Notes under the pieces: generated by a model
Database searches by the model: none
What the model was told of the DNA's origin: nothing
Seen by the model: only the letters and a program-made list of their open reading frames with translations
In this document: positions 1 to 9,100 of the stretch, one piece after another
Position numbering within the stretch: position 1 is the stretch's first letter
Layout of the letters: every line of letters starts with the position of its first letter
Program-made: the position numbers and the translations under genes
IMG/VR virus record: IMGVR_UViG_3300032116_000208
Coordinates: 1-59,976 of that record
DNA: 59,976 nucleotides
From: a virus
Lineage: Duplodnaviria; Caudoviricetes
Strand: one strand, 5' to 3'

Positions 1-126
1 AATGAGCCATAATCCACCCATGCCCCACCTTGTCTACGACCAAAAAGAACGCATCGGCGCATGGGTCGCTGAGCAGGTCAACCAGAACGCTGACTGGGGC
101 AGCTTCTACGCTATTGGCGTTGTGAG
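1..126. repeat. Terminal direct repeat, copy 1 (circular assembly overlap)
   Basis: 1-126 is identical to 59850-59975; the last base differs. Falls inside a gene, as expected for an assembly overlap. Confidence 0.95.
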
Positions 127-436
127 TGGTGACGAAGTGCTGGCTGGTGTGGTCATCAACAACTACAACGGGGCCAACGCCACATGCCACATTGCCATCG
201 CTCGGCAGACCAAACAGATTGTGCCGCTGTTTCAAGCGGTGTGCGACTACGCGTTCAGGTATTGCGGCCTCAAAAGATTGACTGGCATGGTTCCATCAAA
301 TGAGCCTAAAATACTGGCATTTGACAAACATCTCGGTTTCGAGGAAGAGTTCGTCATGAAAGACGGTGCCCCCGGTGCCGACATGCATGTTTTGGTAATG
401 CGGCCTGACACCTGTCGGTGGCTGCGCAAGGAGTAA
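2..436 (+). CDS. GNAT-fold acetyltransferase-like virion assembly protein
   Basis: GNAT-like C-terminus (YAFRYCGLKRLTGMVPSNEPKILAFDKHLGFEEE); lies between tail fibre and ejection genes. Start could be 2 or 20. Confidence 0.7.
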   Translation: MSHNPPMPHLVYDQKERIGAWVAEQVNQNADWGSFYAIGVVSGDEVLAGVVINNYNGANATCHIAIARQTKQIVPLFQAVCDYAFRYCGLKRLTGMVPSNEPKILAFDKHLGFEEEFVMKDGAPGADMHVLVMRPDTCRWLRKE

Positions 437-439
437 ATT

Positions 440-1270
440 ATGGGCGGTAAATCTAGTCCTCCACCACCAGACTATGGCCCTATGGCCGCTGCGAGCAGAG
501 AGTCCGCTGAAATCATGGCCGGTCTCGGTCGTGACCAGTTAGCGTTTGCGCGTCAACAGTACGATGAAATGCGTCCGCTGGCGCAACGAGCCGCTGACCA
601 GCAATTTGCCACGCAGAACGAACTCATGCAGATGGGGCGCGAAGACCGGCAGTACCAGATGGAAACCTTCCGTCCGCTTGAGCGAGGTCTCGTGGCTGAC
701 GCAGCGCGGTTCAGTACTGAGGGATTCCGTGAACAACAAGCCCGTGATGCCGCCGCTGCTACAGGCCGTGCCTTTGGCGTGATGCAAGACGCTGCTGGCC
801 GTGCTGCCGCCTCGCGTGGTGTAAATCCGAACTCTGGCGCTGGCATGGCGCTGCAGTCTCAGAACATGCTGGGTCTATCCGCACAACGTGCCAACGCCAT
901 GACAGGCGCTCGCAATCAGGCTGAACAGATGGGCTTCGCCCGACGCATGGATGTCACAGGCCTTGGCCGTGGGTTGAGTGGCTCAGCTCAAGGCGCGTAT
1001 GGCGCTGCCACTGGCGCGGGCTCTGCTGGTGTCAACACATCCATGGCTCCGGGCAACCAATTTACACAAAATATGGTGCAAGGGGCAAACACTATAGGTT
1101 CTGGGCGCACCATGCTTCAGAGTGGTTTGGGCAACATTCTCGGCTCACAGACGTCTGTGTATAACACCGCACAAAGCCAAGCCGATCCGTTTGCTTCTAT
1201 CGTGGGTATGGGCCTTGGCGCTTACGCTGGTGGATTTGGTGGTGCAATGGGCAGAAAAGCAGGTACGTAA
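440..1270 (+). CDS. Internal virion / DNA ejection protein
   Basis: MGGKSSPPPPDY N-terminus, Gly/Ala/Gln-rich, AAGGAG RBS, typical synteny. Confidence 0.7.
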   Translation: MGGKSSPPPPDYGPMAAASRESAEIMAGLGRDQLAFARQQYDEMRPLAQRAADQQFATQNELMQMGREDRQYQMETFRPLERGLVADAARFSTEGFREQQARDAAAATGRAFGVMQDAAGRAAASRGVNPNSGAGMALQSQNMLGLSAQRANAMTGARNQAEQMGFARRMDVTGLGRGLSGSAQGAYGAATGAGSAGVNTSMAPGNQFTQNMVQGANTIGSGRTMLQSGLGNILGSQTSVYNTAQSQADPFASIVGMGLGAYAGGFGGAMGRKAGT

Positions 1271-1271
1271 C

Positions 1272-3113
1272 ATGGCAGATTTCTTCAAAGGCCTCACCGG
1301 TGGCTTCCAATCCGGTTTGCAACTTGGCGAAGCTATGCGTGCCAAGCAAGAGCGCGAACGTCTGCGTGAAGCCATGGGGCTTACCCCCCAAGCTATGGAG
1401 CAGCGTCAGGCTACCCCAGAGGAGTTCGGTCGCGCACAGACTTACACGCAATCAATTGCTGCGGACGATGTGCAAACATTTGGTCTGACACCGCAGGATC
1501 AAGCCATGTACGCCCCGCAGATGCCTGTTGAGGGCCAGCGTATCGGGGCAACCCAGTACGGCCTTGGCGGTCAGACGTTTAACCGCATGCCCACGCAGCA
1601 GGAGATTGAGGCTGCGCGTTTCGGTGCTGCTGCCAACGTGATCGCCGAGCGTGACCCCATCGCAGCTATGCGTATGCGCCGCGAGATGGATGAACAGACG
1701 TACCAAGCGCGTATTCGCCCCATCCAAGAAGAGCAGATGCGGCAGCAAGGTATTCTTACTAGCGGCCAAATTACGGAGATGAACCGCAACCAAGCGCGGA
1801 CAAAGAAAATTGATGATGTCGATGCAGATGTTGCGCAATGGCAGTCAAAGAGGCTTCTTGACCCAAATACCAACGAACTTCGCCAACCGACGATGGATGA
1901 CAACATCGCGGCGCTGCAGTACCGCGCTACAGCTTTGCAAAAGGCTGGTCTTGCAAAAGAAGCTACAGACTCACTGCGCGACTACCAAGGCTTTGCGGTT
2001 AACCAGATCAAGCTCGATGAAACACAGCGGAACTCCCAGCTTGGTGCTGTAGCTGCTGCGATTGCAGCGGGAGACCTTAATCCAGCTGTAGCCTTCTATG
2101 ACCGATACGTGCTTGACGGCGCAAAAGTAACGGGCATGAAGACTGATCCAAAGACCGGTGCCATTACAGTTTCTCGCGTGCGAGACGATGGCGCACCTAT
2201 GCCTGACAAGGTAATTAAGGGTGGAGCAAACGAGCTGCTGGCGGCGCTTAACTCTTTCAAAGACCCTATGGCGCTGTATAACTACAGCCAGAACGAGTTC
2301 ACCAACAACTTGAACTTGCGCAAAACTGTAGCTGCCGAACAAACTGCCAAGTCAACCGTTGGTCTCAACAACGCTCGTGCAAGCCAGATCAAACAAATGA
2401 ACGACGCGCTGGCTACAAATTTGAAGAACAGCGAAGAGGCTAAACAGATTCAAACTCAGTTTGCCGCGTTGGACGATAGCAATGATCCCGGTGGTGCCAA
2501 ACGCCAGAGCCTTGTTACGCAGTTCAACATGCTGTCTGTCAAGGCTGGCGGGACAATTCCGACTACTACTGGCGGTGGTAAAAAAGGTTCTGTACTTCAG
2601 ACTCCTGTCGACCTCAAGAAGAACGACGATGGCACATACACCGCGTTTGCCAAAGATGGCGGTCGTGCGCTGTACAACACGTTTAACGGCGAAGAAATTC
2701 CGCTCGGCATGGAAGTTGATACATACAGAAGCATGAAAGCTAACGCTCAGAAGAACGGCGTTGGTCTGGTCACTGGGGAAGAAAATGGTCGGCTGGTTCT
2801 GAAGTTTGTTGGCCCTGATGGTAAGTTCTACGACGACGCTGAAAAAGCCAAGTACGCCAAACCAACTAAGGCAGATACGCAGCCGGGCGGCTTAGATACA
2901 TCACGTACCCCAGTTGTTCAGCCTGCAGCACAGCCTACGGCACCTACGGCTAAACCGGTGCGGGCCCCCGGTGAATCCTTTACGGAGTTCCGAGATCGCA
3001 CAGTTGCTTGGGATAGAAATCGAATTGCTTACGAGAATATGCTAACTGAACAGCGCCTTAGAGGGCAGCTAAGCGGCAACGCTGCCGGACTGCGCCGACC
3101 ACTAGTTGAGTAA
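1272..3113 (+). CDS. Internal virion / DNA ejection protein
   Basis: ATG 1272 (MADFFKGLTGGFQSG) directly after the previous stop; helical Q/A-rich; synteny. Confidence 0.65.
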   Translation: MADFFKGLTGGFQSGLQLGEAMRAKQERERLREAMGLTPQAMEQRQATPEEFGRAQTYTQSIAADDVQTFGLTPQDQAMYAPQMPVEGQRIGATQYGLGGQTFNRMPTQQEIEAARFGAAANVIAERDPIAAMRMRREMDEQTYQARIRPIQEEQMRQQGILTSGQITEMNRNQARTKKIDDVDADVAQWQSKRLLDPNTNELRQPTMDDNIAALQYRATALQKAGLAKEATDSLRDYQGFAVNQIKLDETQRNSQLGAVAAAIAAGDLNPAVAFYDRYVLDGAKVTGMKTDPKTGAITVSRVRDDGAPMPDKVIKGGANELLAALNSFKDPMALYNYSQNEFTNNLNLRKTVAAEQTAKSTVGLNNARASQIKQMNDALATNLKNSEEAKQIQTQFAALDDSNDPGGAKRQSLVTQFNMLSVKAGGTIPTTTGGGKKGSVLQTPVDLKKNDDGTYTAFAKDGGRALYNTFNGEEIPLGMEVDTYRSMKANAQKNGVGLVTGEENGRLVLKFVGPDGKFYDDAEKAKYAKPTKADTQPGGLDTSRTPVVQPAAQPTAPTAKPVRAPGESFTEFRDRTVAWDRNRIAYENMLTEQRLRGQLSGNAAGLRRPLVE

Positions 3114-3122
3114 CCACTTCGT

Positions 3123-3131
3123 TGGTACAAT
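3123..3131 (+). promoter_or_regulatory. Extended -10 promoter (TGgTACAAT) for the giant gene
   Basis: TGn-TACAAT in the short intergenic gap; no correctly spaced -35. Confidence 0.5.
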
Positions 3132-3159
3132 TCAGCTAAGCTTAATTTAAGGGGTCGCA

Positions 3160-6100
3160 ATGCCTTTCGTACCACTCCGTACTGTTGTTGGAACCGATGA
3201 AGAAGATACTGGTTTCAAGCCGTTGCGGGATGTCTACTTGGGGCCAGCTCCGCAGCGTGGGGCCATTGCTGCCGGTCTTTCGGCTGGTGTAGACCAGCTT
3301 CAGGGGTTGGGTTATAGCGCTCTTGGTGGTGTTGCCGATATTGCGGGGGCAAGTGGAGCTCGTGATTGGGCCAACGAACAAGCCCGCCGTAATCAAGTTG
3401 ACGCTTCTGTTGGCGGTCGCCCCGACCTTGAGCGTATCGAAGATCAGTCGCTTGGTTCTGCGCTGCCGTACTTAGGCTACCAAGTTGCCAAACAAGTTCC
3501 AACGATGCTCGGCATTGCGGGCGCACAGCTTATCCCCGGCGCTGGCCAAGTTGCTGGCGCTGTAGGTCTTACGCGACTTGGTGCTGTTGCACCTCGTATG
3601 CTGGGCGGCGGCGGTTTGCAAGCTGGCTCTAGCGCTGCGGCACGTCGTGCCGCTTTGGCGCAGGGTGAAGTTTTTGGTACAGGCACGCTGGCTGGTTCTG
3701 CCATGGGTTTTGGCTCGCTTTATGGCGAGTCTGTTGAAGGTGGTGACCCAAGCCCATTTAAGTCTTTGGCGCTGGCTCCAATTTATGGCGCTGCTGAAGC
3801 TGTTCTTCCTGCTGTGTTGCAAGGCAGTTTGCGTGCGCCAGCTAGGTACTCCGGCAATATTGGTACTCGCATGGCTAAAGCGGGTGGGGTTGCTGGTGCG
3901 GGCGAAGCCTTAACCGAACTTGGCCAAAACGAACTTGAGATGGGTATGCGGTCAGACTTGACCGCCGAAGAAATGGCGTCTCGCCGCCTTAACGCAGCAG
4001 CAGCTGGCCTGATTGTTGGTGGTAGTTTGGGTACTGTTGGCGGTGTTCGTGGTCCACGACGCCCTGACACAGAGTCAGACCTGACTCAGCCATTGGATAC
4101 CACTACACGCCCAGACCCCAGCCAGTTTGTGACGCAAGACCAGACTGTCGGCCTGAAGAAATTCATTGATGTAAACACTGGGGTGGTGCGTCCATCCCGC
4201 AAAGACTATGAGAAACAGTTTGAGGCTGCGTTTAACGAGCCTAGTGGTCAGTTTGTTGCTGATGCTGCTACTGGCGTTGAACGTGAACTGACTGTCGGTG
4301 AGCTGATGCAGCGTGGCTCTACGGCCATGGACTTGACTCAGGACAAGCCTGCTGACACTGCTGCCGCAGCTACTGCGGCTACTAATGTAGCTACTACGCG
4401 TGATCCACGCGATGTGTTCTTGCGCGATGAGCTCAAGGTAATCCCGAACAACAATAGCCGTCAGCTGTTTACGCTGATGGAAGAGCAGGGTGTTGACCCT
4501 ACGTCCCCAGCCATGGTTCCTGTATGGAACTACGCCGCTGCAAAGTACATGACTCCAAGCCGTCTGACAAAGGCCACAGAGCTGATGGATGCAGCCATCA
4601 TTCAGTCCCGCAAGGAGGCACCAATTGGCACAGGAATTTCTACTGTACAGCAGCCTGCAGGAGGCGTGGGAGTCGGGGGCCCTGTCGTTCAAGGAAGTGT
4701 GGGAAATGCAGGACGCCCTGCTCCTGTCGCAGGAGCAATGGACGGAAGTGCCCCAGCAGCTGGAGCCCCACTTCAACAAGCTGGCATTCTTCCAGTCGCC
4801 CCCGGGCAACCATCTACCACTGTAACCACCGGAGCACCAAGTGGCCCTCAAGCCTCTCAAACCATCCAAACAGCGCCGCAAGGACAAACCGCTACCACCG
4901 TTCCAGCTGCCGCCCCAGTAAGGGCCAATACAACGCTGCGCTTGAACCAGCAGGAAAAGCTGCCCGGTGAAACCGACATTACCAACATCGCGGATATTGC
5001 CCGCATGACAGGTAACGCTGGTGGGATTGATGCTGTTCTGGAAGACGAGGCTGGCTTGCGTGCTGACCAACGCGACTTTACGGACGATGACCTCAACGCT
5101 GTGATTGAAGAGCAGGTAGGCAAAGGCAAGAACGCAGATCGTGACCGTCAGATTTTGCGTGCCTACATCACAGCACGTCGTGCTGTACCGAGCGGCTACA
5201 AGGGCAACATCGCCAAGGAAATCGCTGACTCGTTTGGCATCGCTGAATCGCGGGTACGTCAGATCGGCAACCCAGAAAAGCTGGCTGATATTGCAGTGTC
5301 CATGGGATTTGATCGCGCTCAGGTGTTTGATCGCTTGGGTATCCAGTCAGCCCAAAAAGCCTTGGCTACTGAGTTAGGCAAACTCGAAGGCGAACTGACA
5401 CGCCTGAAGGCCAAAGCCAAACCGACCAAAGCTGACATTGCTCGCATGGCAGAGCTGGATGAGCAGATTACTCGCATCAACGATGAAGTTGAAGCTGGCG
5501 ACATGGCCGCTGCGTTTAAAGAAGCTGGCATCGAAGGCGAAGCCGGGGAAGCGTTTGGCAACTTGGACGACGCTCGTGAATGGCAAAAGGCTAGCACTGC
5601 TGGTAGCCAGATGGCTGTTAAGTTGGTCTCCATTGCAGACACCATTGCTGAGTTGAAGACCGCTGCTGCGGAGTTGAATCAACTGGGTCTGGCCCAAGCT
5701 GAGGCTGCTGCCGCTGAGCGCATTAAAGAACTGACTGCCGAGTACCAAGCAATTGTGTCTGGCTACGAAGCCAAGCCAGAAGCTGCTGCTCCCAAGAAGG
5801 GCAAAGGTAAAGGCAAAGCTGCTGAGAAAGCCTCTGAAGAAAAAGACGCTGCCAAGGAAGCCGAAGCTGCCAAGTTCCGCGCCGAGCGTGCGGCCAAGCT
5901 GCAGGCTGACCGTAACGGCCTTGCCGTTGGCGATACTGTCAAGAACCCCAAGCTGGGCACTGGCGTGGTTAAGAGCTTCGCTGGCGATGGCGATGCAACC
6001 ACTGTTACTGTAGCGTTCCAGAGTGGGCAGACCAAAGAACTGTCAGTCAAACTGGCAAAACTGGAGAAAACCGATGCCGTTCAAGTCGAAAGCCCAGCAG

Positions 6101-9100
6101 GGGTATCTGTTCAGCCAAAAGCCGAAACTGGCGAAAAAGTGGGCCGACAAGTACGGCGTGCCCCAAAGCCTGCCGCAGAAGGTAAAGCCCAAGTCCCAGC
6201 CGTCATCCTCACCCAAGCCGAGCAAGCAGCCCAAGCGTGGGATGTAGTCGCTGCTGACTTCCCAGAGGCTCCCAAGTTTGCTGATCTGACCAAGGCCCAG
6301 CAGAACACATTCATTGGCTTCGGTGAAGGTAACTGGGAGCGTGGTGACGTTGAGCTTGAGCTGACCAAGTTGGCCCGCGCTGCTGCGCCTACGCAACGAG
6401 CTATACGTCTGCGCCACGGAACAACTGCAGCCAACAAGGCGATGATCGAAAAACTCGGTCACATGGACCCAGAAGGCGGTGAGCGCCAGTACACGTACTC
6501 TGAATTTGGTCGTAAAGCCGTGTACCTTACTCGCCCTGAAGGTTGGTGGTTGGACAAAGAAAAAGCCGCCGCTGGGCGTGCCGTTGTTTACGATTCCTAC
6601 GTGGACGTTGAACTGCCAAGCGATGCAAACGTAGTCACCATAAACAACATGGCTGACTTTGAAGCGTTGGCAAAACGCGTCGGCGAGTCCAGTGCAAAGT
6701 CGATGGCTAACAAGCTGGCTGTTGATGGTTTGGATTGGCTATCTCAAGCCAAAGAGCTTCGGTCTATCACGTTAGATCAGGCTGTCCAAAAGTACATACG
6801 CGAGCAGAAAGAAAGCGCCGCCAAGTACGGGGGCTTTGATACTAAGGGGGTCAACACGCTTGGCGAATTGGCGGACTTCCTAAATACCAACGTAAACAAT
6901 CAGTACACCCAAACAACAGAAGCTGAACTGCGTACGCGCATCCGCGACAACTGGCTTGACGCGAAGTCTTACGAACTAGACACGTTTGGCGAATCTGATG
7001 CAATGACACAGAAGCTGATTGACGCTGGGGTGGACGTTATTGACATAGCTCCAGACGCAGACGTTGGCGTTGCTGCAGATCAGGTTGTAGTGTTGCGCCC
7101 AGAACTGGTCAAACTTGCATCGGCTGTAAAACAGCAAGAGGCTTTCTTGCGCAAGTCGCGCCGCAGCGTTCGCACTGCTGACCAGAGCGGTGTGGAGTTT
7201 GAGTCTGTTGAGGCTTCGCTGGACGACCTGTCTAACTACTCCGAGGGCATTGCTGCTGGCATCCGTAGCCTGCGCGACGTTGACATGGGCAACGCTGTTG
7301 ACGCTATTGACTCATGGATGGTCACGTTCTCCCCAGTGTCGTGGGACGCCATCTACACCATGATCGACGGCAAGCGCACCATCATCTACAACGGTGTGAT
7401 TCTCAAGGACAAGGTTCTGTCTACTGTTGCTACTCTGCACGAAGTCGGCCATGGCATTGACGAGGTACAGGGCGGCGCTGGTAAGTTCTCTGGCGGTGCG
7501 GAGTTCAGGATGTCTCGGGTAAACGGCGAGCTGATGTCCATGCGCCCCGGCACGGTTGCAGACGAACTCTTGAACCACTGGGAAGATGCAAGCGAGACGT
7601 CAGCTTTGGGCGGTATGCTCAACTATCCGCTGGACATGACAGACCCGGAAAATCGCTCCCTGACGATGCAAGAGCTGCGTGAGGAAGTCTTTGCTCAGGT
7701 TTGGGCTTTCTCAAATCTGAACGGCGGCATGGATTACCTCCGTGATAACCTGCCCACGACACACGCTTTTATGGAGAAGGCACATGAACAAGTCAAAGCC
7801 ACAAACTACCAACGCGCCCAAGGTGCCCAGCAAGGTGCTCAGTCAGGACAAGTTCAAGCTGGACAGCAAAACGCGCAGCCTGCTGGGGCAGTTCTTAGAG
7901 CCAGCCGTCAAGCCAAACAAGGGCTGATCGACCGCAACATTGCCAAGCTGCCGAAGATGTCTCAGCAACCGGTACGTAACTTGGCCGGTGCTCTTGGTGA
8001 CATTGGAGGTGCTGGTCTGGACTACGTTGTGTTCACCAGTGACTTGGTCAAGCGTGCTGTTGCCGCTGGCCTGCCTGCTGCTCAGACTTTCTCCGACCGT
8101 CTTGCTTCGCGTAACGCCAAGGTCAGTGAAGAGGAACGCAAGATCGAAAAGATTGCAGACCGCTATGCGTCCATTGAGGACGACGCCAAGGGCAGTGGCC
8201 CCGGCTCGGTCAACGAGTTCTTGTTTGAGTCCACCCGCACAGGCAAGTGGGGCTATGGCAAGTTCCGTGACGCCAAGATGGGCGCTGCGTTCGATGCGTT
8301 GGGCCCCAAGGCTCAGCAGTTCGTCAAGGACGTGTTTGCCCATGGTGACGCCACGCTGTCCAACAAGAAGAAGATTGTCTTGGACGCAGCCAACTCTGAG
8401 TACGACGCCATGATTAAGGCAGCTCAGGACGCTGGTGACACCAAGACTGAGGCTACTCTCAAGGCTGAGAAAGCCGCTACGCTCAAGCGCTTTCAGACAC
8501 TGTTCCGCATCCGCGAGGGCATGCCTTATGCGCCCATCAAGCGCACTGGTTCGTATGTGGTAATCGGCGAGTCTGCTGAGTACCAAAAAGCCAAGGCTAA
8601 CAAAGACACCGCCACGCTCAAGAAGCTGGAGTCTGACCCAGACCATTACCATGTGTCGTTCACAGACACCAAGTGGCAAGCCCGTAGCCTGCGTGACAGA
8701 CTAGCAGAGCAAGGCGTGTTCACTGACCCGCAAGTTGTTTCTCGCTCTGAGTCCTTTGACGAGGCGTTCAGTGGTGAGGCCATGCTGCCAGCCCTGACAA
8801 AGATGCGTGCCGCTGTGGATCGCCGTGCTCAGGACTCTACTGGCAAGAAAGACCCGACTGCTGGCAAGCTGCTCAACATCATCAACCAGTTGTACTTGGA
8901 GGCGTTGGCTGAGGGTAGTGCTCGCAAGTCTGAGATGCGTCGTCGTGGTGTAGCCGGTGAAGTGGACATGCTCCAGTCGTTCACCCAGCAAGGTCGTGCC
9001 GATGCCAACTTCTTGGCCAGCGTTGAGTTTGAGCCTAAGATTCAGGATGCCTTGCAACAGATGCGTAACCAGTCACGCACTGGCGACCGCGAACGCAAGT

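Noticed and set aside
1-126. End repeat as a biological terminal repeat
   Set aside because: Falls within a gene and is close to a common assembler k-mer length (127); likely a circularisation artefact.
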